The notes below the pieces were generated by a model. The model searched no databases. It had not been told where the DNA came from and was given only the letters and a program-made list of their open reading frames with translations. Both the position numbers and the translations under genes were made by a program. This document shows positions 45,210-55,021 of a DNA stretch of 64,000 bases, in pieces. Location: the NCBI GenBank assembly GCA_020723505.1, contig DYIT01000001.1, positions 8,530-72,529 on the forward strand, read 5' to 3'. Each line of letters opens with the position of its first letter. Positions within the stretch are counted from its first letter, which is position 1. This DNA is from Candidatus Kuenenia stuttgartensis (GTDB taxonomy: Bacteria > Planctomycetota > JAKEIC01 > DYIT01).

Positions 45210-47126
45210 CTAGCGCTTGCGGCTCCTGAAGAACTCCCATATCAGGGAGGTCGTGTCCGGGGCCGCAAGGCACCTGCCCGTGACCGATTCCGGGAGCAGG
45301 TTCTTTCCTCCGGACCAGGCGTGACCGTGGCCTTTAATCAGTATGAATACAACGCCCGCGCCGTCGCGTCCGGTGCCGTGGTCCGAGGTTTTCACCTTGC
45401 CGTCGTCGGATTCGCCGACCGGTTTCTCGGAGCAGCCGAGAGCGGAAATCCATCTCCGGAGGGATTCGCGCACCGGGGGCTTCTCGCGGCCTCCGAGCGG
45501 GATTCCGGCCTCTGCCGTGCGCGGCATGCCCCCGTCCAGGGGATTCATGGGATCGTCGTCGCCGGTGACATACAGCAGCGGAATCCCGCGCTCCATTTCC
45601 GGGTTCTCCGTCCAGCATGCGCCCGCGACCGGCGCTACGGCGGCAACCCTCGCCGAAAGCCTCGAGGCCGCCAGGAAAGCCATGGAGGCCCCGTTCGAGA
45701 AGCCCGAAAGGTATATACGCCCGGCATCGACCGCGAAACGCGCGGTCACGTCGTCGAGCATGAGCGAAAGGAACTCCACGTCGTCCACGGCCCGCCCCCC
45801 GGCCTCGAACCTGCCTGATCCGTCGTTCCATACCTGCGGATTGGAGGAGAACCGGGCGGGCTTCGAGGGATCGGCGGGCATCGCATCCGGATACACGGCC
45901 AGGAATCCCCCGGAGTCGGCTTTCTTGGACCATCCGGTCTCTTCGGCGGCGCCCTTCCCGGATCCTCCGCCGCCGTGCAGCATCACGACCGCGGGGACGG
46001 GTCTTATCCCGTCATAGGACGGCGGCACGTGCACCAGGAACCGCCTGTCGTGGCGCCCGGCATGCAGCATGCATTCATGGTCGCCCTTTTTCGCGGGCCT
46101 ATCGAAGGCCTCGGCCGCGCAGCGCAGCCCCGCGAAATCCCGCCTCACGCCCTCCAGAATCCCCGAGGCACCCTTCCTGTCTCCTGCCCCGGCCTTCACG
46201 ACGGCTTCCTCGATTCGCTTCCGCCCCTCGGCCTCCATGCCGTCCAGCAGGCGGAGCGCCTCGACCGTGAACGGTCCGTGCACTCCGGAATCCGCAATCC
46301 CGAGGAGAACCGCGATCGCCGCCGGGAACCTCCGTTCATTGAGGTCCTTCCGGGCCTTTTCGAGATCAGCGGAAAGCCCGGGGGCCTTCGCCCTGAATGT
46401 CCCGGCTAGCGCATCGAGCCGGTCGAGAATCCCCCCGATTTCCGCCGCGGGCGCTTCGTGGCCGAGCCCGGGAATCGTCTTCAAGGCGGCTCTCCTGAAG
46501 CCCGCGGCCTCGAGCGTCCGGAATCCCTGCCTCATCGCCCCGCAGAAGGGATCCATTCCGCCGACGAAGCCCATGACCGGCAGGCTCCTGGCGCGGGCGA
46601 GATCAGCGGCCGGAATTCCCGGCGGAATCATCCCCGCGAAGGGGACGATGGCGGCGTAATCCGCCGGATGCGAAAGGCCCAGCGCGAAAGTCATGTGGGC
46701 GCCCGCTGAAAAGCCGAAAACGCAGACCCTCGTGGGATCAACCTTGCACCGCTTCTTCACCTCCTCAGTCACCCACGAGACGAAGTCCGCTGATTTCGGC
46801 CCCCACGTGCGCACCATGCCGTCGCATCTTCCGCACTGGCAGGGGACCTCGTGGTTCCCGCCAGGCAACGCCAGGACGTACCCGTGCCTGCCCGGAAGAT
46901 CGTTGAACACCTCGCGGAAACTGCCGGGATTGTCCCCCATGCCGTGCAGCGCGATGATTAGCGGCATCTCCCCCTCCCCGTCCGCGGGAACATCGAGCAG
47001 GAAGAACGAGTCGTAGTCCGGAGCCTCAATCCTCTGCGGCGCCGCGGGAATCTCCTGGCCTGCCGCGTGCCGGCACAGGAGCGCCAGGACCGGGGGAAGA
47101 ACAAGCACTATTGGAGCGAATCGCAT
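45210..47126 (-). CDS. Secreted tandem alpha/beta-hydrolase (carboxylesterase-like plus PHB-depolymerase/CE1-like esterase)
   Basis: Signal peptide MRFAPIVLVLPPVLALLC. There are two nucleophile elbows, GFSAGAH and GFSNGASMAF. The second half has the VMLHGGGGSG...VYPD pattern of LpqC-type esterases. Confidence 0.7.
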   Translation of the reverse strand: MRFAPIVLVLPPVLALLCRHAAGQEIPAAPQRIEAPDYDSFFLLDVPADGEGEMPLIIALHGMGDNPGSFREVFNDLPGRHGYVLALPGGNHEVPCQCGRCDGMVRTWGPKSADFVSWVTEEVKKRCKVDPTRVCVFGFSAGAHMTFALGLSHPADYAAIVPFAGMIPPGIPAADLARARSLPVMGFVGGMDPFCGAMRQGFRTLEAAGFRRAALKTIPGLGHEAPAAEIGGILDRLDALAGTFRAKAPGLSADLEKARKDLNERRFPAAIAVLLGIADSGVHGPFTVEALRLLDGMEAEGRKRIEEAVVKAGAGDRKGASGILEGVRRDFAGLRCAAEAFDRPAKKGDHECMLHAGRHDRRFLVHVPPSYDGIRPVPAVVMLHGGGGSGKGAAEETGWSKKADSGGFLAVYPDAMPADPSKPARFSSNPQVWNDGSGRFEAGGRAVDDVEFLSLMLDDVTARFAVDAGRIYLSGFSNGASMAFLAASRLSARVAAVAPVAGACWTENPEMERGIPLLYVTGDDDPMNPLDGGMPRTAEAGIPLGGREKPPVRESLRRWISALGCSEKPVGESDDGKVKTSDHGTGRDGAGVVFILIKGHGHAWSGGKNLLPESVTGRCLAAPDTTSLIWEFFRSRKR

Positions 47127-47297
47127 GCACACCTCCGGAAATGACCGCGATTCACGTTGCATGAGCAAGATAAGAATCGCGCTTTTTTCTTCCCTGTTGG
47201 AGCTACAATATCATAGCAATGACGAGCCGGACCCGGGAGTGAATGCTCGCGCGGGTTCTTTTCATGAAGTGACCGCGGACCTATTCGGAGGACCATC

Positions 47298-48863
47298 ATG
47301 AGGCTGCAAGCATCTGCGGCCGCTGCGGCTGCGTTCGCAGCGCTGATTATCCCGTGCGCGGACAAGGCTTCGGGCGCAGAGGTGCTCGAGGCCTGGAAGA
47401 AGGGAGTCGCGAAAACCTGCGCCGCGAAGGCCCAGGAGCATGCAGGCAGGAAATGCTTCCTCGCGGCCCGCACGCTGGTGGATTTCGGGGCGGCCTTCTC
47501 TCCTGCGGACGAGGGGCTTTCGAAGCTCAACGAAATGTACAAGTTCGCGCCGCCCGTGCCGCTGCCCGTGGTGCAGGCAGGGTTCAGGCAGGAGGAGATT
47601 CCCGCGTCCCCCGAACTGACGCAGAACCACCACAACGTGCCGGATGACGTCGAGGCCCTGAAGAAGTTCTGGACCTCCGAGCGGGACGACATGCTGCTCT
47701 CTTTCCTTGGATCGCTCCAGAAGAGCGCGAAGAAGCCCGAGGAGAAGACCCTCGCCGGCCAGTACGCCTCCATAATCCGCGGCCTTTCCAAACTCACGCC
47801 GCCGTACGGGAAATGGGACGCGTTCAAGAAGGCCGAGGAATACATGCGCATCCTCGGATACAGGTCCGACGACCGCACCGGAAGGCCGATATCGCCCGAG
47901 GAGGTGGCTTTCCTCGAGAGGAGGAACGTCCTGGCCTCGGAGAAAATCAAGGCCCTCAAAATCGACATCGCGGTAGAGGACATATCCGGGCAGTCCGAAT
48001 TCGAGAGCCAGCTCGGAATCGTCCTCTCCAAATACCGTTCCGACCACTGGCGCGTCGAGGGCTCGTTCCCAAGGCGGGAGGACGCCGTGCTCGCGCTGGC
48101 AATCCTCGAGGAGCACAGCAGGCTCTTCGCCGAAAAGATGAAGGTCCAGGACCCCGGCAGGCTCAAGGACCCGTTCGTGCTCGCCATCCTCCCGGGAAAA
48201 CAGGAGTTCGAAAACTACATCGACATGATGACGGACGAGTCGCCGGAGAGAAGGGAGTTCCTGAAGAAATCCACCGGCGCCCATCCGGTGCCGTCCAAGG
48301 GCCTCTTCGTGGTGTACGACCACCTTATAGGCCAGGGGACCCCGTTCGCGGACGTCTCGCTGATACCGCTCCGCGACAAGATCGGCTCCATGGCGGTCGA
48401 GACCATAGCCTACAAGTTCGGCTTCTACTACTTCCCGCAGTGGGTCCGCTTCGGCCTCGGGTCATGGTTCACCCTCGCGATACTCGGCACCGCTGAGACC
48501 GGGAGAATCTCCATGGAGGAGACCACGGGCATCGAACAGACCGAATGGTACAACTACCTGAAGTGGAAGGAGCTGATGAAGGCGGCGGTCCTCAGGAACG
48601 CCGATCCCGGGACCGGATCGCTCCTTGCGAGGGAGAACGCGAACGAAATCAACTGGACCCACAGGGCCAAGATGTTCTCGGTGGCCGACTTCTTCGTGGA
48701 AAAGGACGTGGAGTCGTTCAAGCAGTTCCTCAGATCCGTTGGGTCGAACTGGCAGTCGTGGAAGAGGTCCGCCGACGGGGAATTCGCGCCCCTCAAGGCC
48801 GTCGGGTATTCGATGTCGAAGATGGATTCGGACTGGCGGGCGTTCGTGAAGGACAAGTACTGA
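47298..48863 (+). CDS. Secreted hypothetical protein
   Basis: 521-aa ORF with an Ala-rich signal-like N-terminus (MRLQASAAAAAAFAALIIPCA). No motif I can assign with confidence. Confidence 0.6.
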   Translation: MRLQASAAAAAAFAALIIPCADKASGAEVLEAWKKGVAKTCAAKAQEHAGRKCFLAARTLVDFGAAFSPADEGLSKLNEMYKFAPPVPLPVVQAGFRQEEIPASPELTQNHHNVPDDVEALKKFWTSERDDMLLSFLGSLQKSAKKPEEKTLAGQYASIIRGLSKLTPPYGKWDAFKKAEEYMRILGYRSDDRTGRPISPEEVAFLERRNVLASEKIKALKIDIAVEDISGQSEFESQLGIVLSKYRSDHWRVEGSFPRREDAVLALAILEEHSRLFAEKMKVQDPGRLKDPFVLAILPGKQEFENYIDMMTDESPERREFLKKSTGAHPVPSKGLFVVYDHLIGQGTPFADVSLIPLRDKIGSMAVETIAYKFGFYYFPQWVRFGLGSWFTLAILGTAETGRISMEETTGIEQTEWYNYLKWKELMKAAVLRNADPGTGSLLARENANEINWTHRAKMFSVADFFVEKDVESFKQFLRSVGSNWQSWKRSADGEFAPLKAVGYSMSKMDSDWRAFVKDKY

Positions 48864-49144
48864 ACCCGGACGGTCCCGATCCCGGCCTCATGTGCCGGGC
48901 CGAGGTGAACGCAGACGGTCGGCGGTGCCGGGCGAATGTCCGGAGCGGAATCGATGGACTTCGTCGTTTGCCCGACGCTCGACTTCGGATTTTGGACCTT
49001 CGACTTTCGACTCTCAGCCACCGCGACTATCACGGCGCTCAGTCGCCGTGATCATCCGGTATGAGGATCTCCGTGATCGCCCGCGGGCTCACGACCGCGG
49101 CTCCGTTGTGCTCCTTGCGCATGCCACAACTTGCCGCCTGCGGC

Positions 49145-50341
49145 TCAAAGCTCGCGCTTAATCACCATGGCCATGGTCACGCCCCCGCCGCCGCAGATGC
49201 CCGCGACGCCGAGCTCCCCGCCGGTCCGCCTGAGGACGTTGTAGAGGGTCACGACGATTCTCGCCCCTGAGATACCGGTAGGGTGCCCGAGCGCGATGGC
49301 CCCGCCGTGAAGGTTGAGCTTCGCCTGGTCGATTTTCAGCGCCTTCGCGTTCGCGAGCACCTGGGCCGCGAAGGCCTCGTTGATTTCTATCGCGGCCATG
49401 TCGTCGAGGGAAAGGGACGCCCTCCTCAATGCCATCGGAATGGAGACCGCGGGGCCTTCGCCCATCGTGCGGCCGTCCACCGCGGTCATGGCGTGCCCGA
49501 GCACGGAGAAAAGCGGCTTCGCGCCGATTGCCTTGGCCCTCTGCCTTGAGGTGAGCACCAGCGCGCATGCGCCGTCCGTCATGCCGCAGGAGTTGCCGGC
49601 GGTTACCAGACCGTTCTTCCTGAACGCGGGAGGGAGCTTCGCGAGCTTTTCGAGGGTCGTGTCCGCCCTGATGGACTCGTCCTTCGAGAAAACGACCGGA
49701 TCGCCCTTCTTCTGCGGTATCTCGACCGGCGTGATTTCCGCGTCGAACCACCCGGAATCCTGGGCCTTCTGGGCCTTCCGGTGGCTTTCGAGCGCGAAGG
49801 CGTCCATTTCCTCGCGCTTGATGCCGTGCTTTTCCGCGACGTTCTCGGCGGTGTCGCCCATGCCTATGAGATCATGCACGGGATCGAGCGAGTCGGACCA
49901 GCCGTCATCCAGCGTCTTCGGGCCCATCTTCAACCCCTCGAACCTGCAGCCCTTGAGGAGCCAGGGGATGGTGCTCATCGAATCCATGCCGCCGGCTACG
50001 ACGATTTCCGCGTCGTCCGCCAGTATTTCCTGGCAGGAAACCACCAGAGCCCTCATCCCCGCCGGGCAGGCCATGTTGATGGAGACCGAGGGGACGCCCG
50101 CGGGGATTCCTGCGAACGCCGCCGCCGAGTGGGCGGGGTTCACGTAGTTTCCTGCCTGCCTGCAATGGCCCAGGTTGACGTTGTCCACGTCCTCGCCCGA
50201 GATTCCGGCCCTTTTCAGGGCTTCCTTGATTGCCGCGGCTCCCAGCCTGTACGCCGGCACTTCCATGAGGGTCCCTCCGAACCGGCCCATGGGCGTGCGC
50301 ACCGCCGAAATCGCCACAACGTCGCTCAGCTCCTGGCACAT
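49145..50341 (-). CDS. Acetyl-CoA acetyltransferase (thiolase)
   Basis: AVRTPMGRFGG. The active-site Cys context is INMACPAGMRAL. The C-terminal NLHGGAIALGHP and GICGGGG motifs are thiolase signatures. Confidence 0.9.
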   Translation of the reverse strand: MCQELSDVVAISAVRTPMGRFGGTLMEVPAYRLGAAAIKEALKRAGISGEDVDNVNLGHCRQAGNYVNPAHSAAAFAGIPAGVPSVSINMACPAGMRALVVSCQEILADDAEIVVAGGMDSMSTIPWLLKGCRFEGLKMGPKTLDDGWSDSLDPVHDLIGMGDTAENVAEKHGIKREEMDAFALESHRKAQKAQDSGWFDAEITPVEIPQKKGDPVVFSKDESIRADTTLEKLAKLPPAFRKNGLVTAGNSCGMTDGACALVLTSRQRAKAIGAKPLFSVLGHAMTAVDGRTMGEGPAVSIPMALRRASLSLDDMAAIEINEAFAAQVLANAKALKIDQAKLNLHGGAIALGHPTGISGARIVVTLYNVLRRTGGELGVAGICGGGGVTMAMVIKREL

Positions 50342-50528
50342 GGGAATCCTCCTCCATCTCGAGTGAAAAACAAGTCACGGCGGGACCGAACCCGGCAGGG
50401 ACGCGAATTCCGGCTCGCCCGTTTCATGTCACGCGCCTCGCTTGCGCCTTTCGGCAAATCCTTCGAATCCCGAGTACCCGCTTCCGTGATTTCGGAAGCC
50501 GGGATTCTAATGCATGCGGGACGCGGAA

Positions 50529-51200
50529 TCAATCCCGCTTCCTCGGCTGGAAGATGAAGATGCACCTGCCGCAGGATTCGAGCAGGTTCTCGGCTGAGGA
50601 GACCAGCTTCTGCGCGTCGTTCCTCCGGGCCTCGTCCATTCCTCCCATTCTGCGGGAGAGGTCCTGCACCGCGGCGGTCACGGCGGCCCGCGCAGCCTCG
50701 CATTCCTTGTAGAAGGCCGCTTTCGCCGCCTCCTCCTCCGCCTCGAACAGGTTGCTCCAGGAGCTTTTGGACCCTTCTTCAAGCTCCTTGGGCTTGCCTC
50801 GGAGCATGCAGCACTTCGCCAGGAGCGAGAACTGGAGGATGACGTCCGGGCCTTCGGCAGCGCCCGCCTGCGACACCGTCCCGAGCGTCTCGAGGAACGC
50901 GCGGTGGACGCTCAGGAAATCCGCCGCCCTGCTCCTGGATTCGGGATCGTCGAAGAACAAGGAGGTCTTCAGCAGCTTCGCGGTCTTCTCAATCGCCCTG
51001 AGGAGCCCAGGATCCGATCCGAGCGCAGGCGAAGAGGCGATTATCCTGGTCCCCCTCATTGGTTTCGATGCCTTCTTGCGGACAGCGCCCTCCTCGGAGG
51101 CTTTTTTCAGCCTGGCGATGAGAGGTTCGAGGAAACTCCTGTTCGTCTCCTCCATAATCGCGGCGCACCGTTCGGCAGCATGGGCGAGCTCAATCTTCAT
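50529..51200 (-). CDS. Hypothetical helical protein
   Basis: 223-aa ORF with consistent codon usage and no recognisable motif. Confidence 0.5.
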   Translation of the reverse strand: MKIELAHAAERCAAIMEETNRSFLEPLIARLKKASEEGAVRKKASKPMRGTRIIASSPALGSDPGLLRAIEKTAKLLKTSLFFDDPESRSRAADFLSVHRAFLETLGTVSQAGAAEGPDVILQFSLLAKCCMLRGKPKELEEGSKSSWSNLFEAEEEAAKAAFYKECEAARAAVTAAVQDLSRRMGGMDEARRNDAQKLVSSAENLLESCGRCIFIFQPRKRD

Positions 51201-51374
51201 GATTCGATTCGGACTTCCTGCGACAGATTACGCTTTTTCAGCCCCACGTACATCATTCTGCATCCGCCGCGCACGGAGGTCAAGTCCGCAGGGGTCCTTG
51301 ACATCGCCCGGACGGCGTGAATAATCTCCCTCTTTGCGGCGTCCCGAGGCCGGCAATTCTTCTTTTTTCGGCGG

Positions 51375-52488
51375 ATGAACATGGCTATAAGCCTCTCTGA
51401 AACGGAACAGTCCCTGAAGGACATCGGCGAAAGGCTCGATCTCCTCAGGGACTCGCTTTGACTACGGGGCCAACCGCAGGAAATTTACCGAGATCGAGAC
51501 CAGAATGGCGGCGCCCGGTTTCTGGGACAAGCCCGAGACTGCCAAGACGACCGTAGCCGAGTTCAAGGTTCTAAGGGACAGAGTCCGCCCCTTCGAGGAA
51601 ATCGAGGGCTCGTACCGCAGCCTTTCCGAGCTTCTCGAACTCTGCCGCAAGGAAGCCGACCAGGGCATCCTCGACGAAGTGGCGGCCGAGACCAGGGCGC
51701 TCAAATCGAAGCTCGAGAAGCTCGAGCTGGCTTCGATGCTCGGAAAGGAGACTGACAGGCTCAACTGCTACATGAGCATCCACGCCGGCGCGGGCGGCAC
51801 GGACTCGAGCGATTGGGCGGCCATGCTCATGAGGATGTACGTCAAGTGGATGGACCGCCGCGGGTACACCGCGTCGATAATCGATTACGCGGCCAACGAG
51901 GAAGCCGGCATAAAGAGGGTGGTCATCAAGGTCAACGGCCCATGGGCATACGGTTTTCTGCGATCGGAAATCGGTGTGCACAGGCTCGTGCGGATTTCGC
52001 CGTTCGATTTCAACCAGAGGCGGCACACGTCGTTCGCCTCTGTCGACCTGCTGCCGCAGTTCGAGGACGAGGAGGAAATCGAGATTAGCGAGAGCGAGAT
52101 TAAGATGGACACTTACCGATCCTCCGGCGCCGGCGGGCAGCACGTCAACGTCACGGACTCGGCGGTCAGAATCACGCACATCCCGACCGGAATCATCGTC
52201 CAGTGCCAGAACGAGAGGTCCCAGCACCGGAACAGGGCCGAGGCCTTGTCGATGCTGAAGGCCAAGCTCATGAGGCTCAAGGAAATCGATCGAGAAAGCG
52301 AGCTCAAGGCCATGTACAGCGAGAAGGGCGAAATCGCGTGGGGCAACCAGATTAGGTCGTACGTCCTGCATCCGTACACCCTGGTCAAGGACCACAGGAC
52401 TGATCTGGAGACAGGCAACGTCCAGGCGGTCCTGGACGGCGACCTGGATGAGTTCATGAAGGCGTTCCTCATGCTCAAGAAGCCCTGA
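51375..52488 (+). CDS. prfB: Peptide chain release factor 2, requires programmed +1 frameshift (join 51375..51458, 51460..52488)
   Basis: Frame 0 encodes M(N)MAISLSETEQSLKDIGERLDLLRDSL then TGA at 51459. The +1 frame continues DYGANRRKFTEIETRMAAPGFWD... and contains SPF (RISPFD) and GGQ (SGAGGQHVN). Confidence 0.95.
51447..51462 (+). promoter_or_regulatory. prfB +1 recoding site
   Basis: AGGGAC TCG CTT TGA C: an internal SD-like AGGGA sits 3 nt before the slippery CTT-TGA-C, the same geometry as the classical prfB site. Confidence 0.9.
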
Positions 52489-52531
52489 TGTGCCGGGCGA
52501 ATCGCATATCCGGATTTTTTTGCGCCTTCTC

Positions 52532-52560
52532 TTTACATGCCCCGAAAACGGGCCTACAAT
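52532..52560 (+). promoter_or_regulatory. Candidate sigma-70 promoter for the vWA gene pair
   Basis: TTTACA-N17-TACAAT, about 22 nt upstream of ATG 52582, with GGAGG RBS in between. Confidence 0.45.
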
Positions 52561-52581
52561 AATCGATTCGGAGGTTGCGTC

Positions 52582-54924
52582 ATGAAACATCGCCTTTTCG
52601 CCTATTTTCTTCTGGCGGCCGCATTTGGGGCCGTCCAGTCCTGCGAGACGCTCGATGAGCCCGATTCGTCCATGCAGACCGTGAACGTCTTCGGCAAGGT
52701 AGTGGTCCTGATTGTCGACAATTCCTCGGGGCCGGAGGAATGGGACCCGCAGGGATACGTCAGGGAGGGGTCGAAGTTCCTCCTGTCCACGCTCAACAAG
52801 GAGGACAACATAGGACTCGTCACCTGCAGGTTCCCGGCGTCGGTTCTTTCGCTGACGCAGTCCGTGCGCGCGGAGGACAACAGGCGCGAGATGTTCAAGC
52901 TGATAGACGAGATGCCCGTAGGCGGCGAGTCCAGGTACACGGACGCCCTGAACCTCGCAGGCGACCTTCTCAAGACCTTCAACGACACGGGGGACTCATA
53001 TGTCGTGTTCATAACGGGCGGCAAGGAGAAGCCCGTGGGAGAGGAGAGCGAGATAACGGAAATCCTGAGGAGGTACACGGCCAACGGCTGGCGCGTGTTC
53101 CCGGTCGTGCTGGCGCCGACCGGGCATATGCCCCTGCTCGAGAAGATGGCGGTCATGACCCGCGGGGCGATTTTCAAGGTCGAGAAGCCCGAGAACCTCC
53201 TGACCTCGCTGTCGTCGGTCTCGGCGGAGATAAACCACCGGATGATTTGCCGGGGCTTCCGCAAGCCGAACTCGCTACTTCCGGGTTCCTCGTCACTGGT
53301 GGTCGCGCTGACCGCCCGCGGCGGCAAGACTGCGCTTTCGGAGATTAAGCAGTCCGGGAAGGCGGTCGCGATGCCTGCGGGCGAAGGGGCGCCGAACTAC
53401 ATGAGCGAGGGTTTCTTCCACGTCGTCCATCTGGACAAGGCGGTTCCGGGGGCGTACGAAGCCAAGGCTTCCGGAGAAGCGGTGGACGAGCTCATGTTCC
53501 TCGACGCGCCGATGGTCGTCAGGCTCTCCACGTCGGCCCTCCAGGGGGCGGTCAAGGAGGGCGAGCCGCTGCGGCTTGCGCTGTCGCTCGAGACGGAGAA
53601 CAAGGCCAACCTCAAGCTGTTCATGGAGAAGGCGAAGGTCTCGGCGTCGGTCCTGAGCGAGTCCACGGGCAAGACGGTCGCCGAGATGCTGCTCACGGAT
53701 TTCAGCATGAGCGGCAACAGGGTCGAGTACGAGACGGGCGTCAGGATGCTTACGACCGCGCCGGGAAAGGAGGAGGCCTTCACGGCGAAGATTACGCTCG
53801 TGCTGGAGGACAAGGACCTCTCCTGGACGCTTGAGCGCTACGCCTCCTTCATCGTGACGCCGGCCTCGCCGCCCCTCTTCCAGGTCTCGCCCGCAGAGGT
53901 CGATCTCGGCATGCTGTGGGCGGACGACTCGCAGGCCGCGGCCAAGGTGACGGTCACGTCGCGCGCGTCACAGAGCCTCAAGGTCGAAGCCGCCGGCGCG
54001 GGGCAGGGGATGGAGGTGTCGCCGCAGACTGCGATGAGCATGAAGGACAAGCCCATGCAGTTCACCGCGACGCTCGGAGGGCTGCTCCGGTCCGCGGGTC
54101 CGGGACCGGGCAGGGCGGACATCAGGATAACCGCGTCCGCCGCGGCCCAGGGGGAGCTAAAGTTCGAGAAGACCGTGCCCGTGACCTACAATCTCGTGAT
54201 ATACAGGGGCATCGGCGACGCCGACCTCGGCATGCTCAAGCCCGGCGAGACGGTGAGGAAGGAGCTCGAGTTCGGGACGGAGCCATCCCTGGACCTGGAC
54301 GTGGCGGCCGAGAGCCTGGTCGGCCAGGCCGCGATACCCATGACGCTCGAGCCCGTGGAGGGGCAGCCCGGACGGAGGACGCTCGTGGTCTCCGTGCCGC
54401 AGAATTGCACGCCCGGGCAGTACTCCGGCAAGGTGAGGATTTCCGTTCGCGGCGCCGCCCTCGCGCCGCGGGATGTAAGGATAACGGCGGTCGTGGAGCC
54501 CGAGGGCGGGACCGCGGTCGCGCAGCCCGAGGAGAAGAGGCCCCTCGTCAGCGCCAATCCCGTCGAGCTCGCCCTGAAGGCCGAGAAGGACGGATGGATT
54601 GAGGGATTCATCACGCTCGAGCTGGGTCCCGACAGCCCGGCGGCGATAATCGCCTCAATCAAGCCGACCGCGCTCAAGGGGCAGAAGGAATTCGAGGTCA
54701 TCTCGGGCGAGTTCGATTTCATGACCAAGCCCGGACCGGGATGGGACGGGAAGGAGATAATCCAGGGGCAGGCCGCGAGGCTCGAATACCGCATATTCGT
54801 TTCCTCGGACCTTCCGGACAGCGTCTATTCCGGAAAGATTGAAGTCACGTACAAGGGCGCGGGCGAAAAGGAGTACGTCCTCGAAGTGCCCGTGGAGCTG
54901 ACCGTGGGGCGGTCGGCCCGATGA
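52582..54924 (+). CDS. Secreted/lipoprotein vWA-domain protein with long beta-rich C-terminal region
   Basis: Signal MKHRLFAYFLLAAAFGAVQSC. The vWA region VVLIVDNSSG...VVFITGGKE...RVFPVVL has an imperfect MIDAS (DNSSG). About 550 aa of repeated Ig-like-looking segments follow. Confidence 0.75.
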   Translation: MKHRLFAYFLLAAAFGAVQSCETLDEPDSSMQTVNVFGKVVVLIVDNSSGPEEWDPQGYVREGSKFLLSTLNKEDNIGLVTCRFPASVLSLTQSVRAEDNRREMFKLIDEMPVGGESRYTDALNLAGDLLKTFNDTGDSYVVFITGGKEKPVGEESEITEILRRYTANGWRVFPVVLAPTGHMPLLEKMAVMTRGAIFKVEKPENLLTSLSSVSAEINHRMICRGFRKPNSLLPGSSSLVVALTARGGKTALSEIKQSGKAVAMPAGEGAPNYMSEGFFHVVHLDKAVPGAYEAKASGEAVDELMFLDAPMVVRLSTSALQGAVKEGEPLRLALSLETENKANLKLFMEKAKVSASVLSESTGKTVAEMLLTDFSMSGNRVEYETGVRMLTTAPGKEEAFTAKITLVLEDKDLSWTLERYASFIVTPASPPLFQVSPAEVDLGMLWADDSQAAAKVTVTSRASQSLKVEAAGAGQGMEVSPQTAMSMKDKPMQFTATLGGLLRSAGPGPGRADIRITASAAAQGELKFEKTVPVTYNLVIYRGIGDADLGMLKPGETVRKELEFGTEPSLDLDVAAESLVGQAAIPMTLEPVEGQPGRRTLVVSVPQNCTPGQYSGKVRISVRGAALAPRDVRITAVVEPEGGTAVAQPEEKRPLVSANPVELALKAEKDGWIEGFITLELGPDSPAAIIASIKPTALKGQKEFEVISGEFDFMTKPGPGWDGKEIIQGQAARLEYRIFVSSDLPDSVYSGKIEVTYKGAGEKEYVLEVPVELTVGRSAR

Positions 54925-55021
54925 GGAGGCACCGGCGTCTGCGGCGCGGATGCGCCGCGCGGCCAGGTGCGGGGTTTCCAGGGATTCCGCCGGTCCGTTT
55001 CCGGCTTTGCGGGAGACTGGT

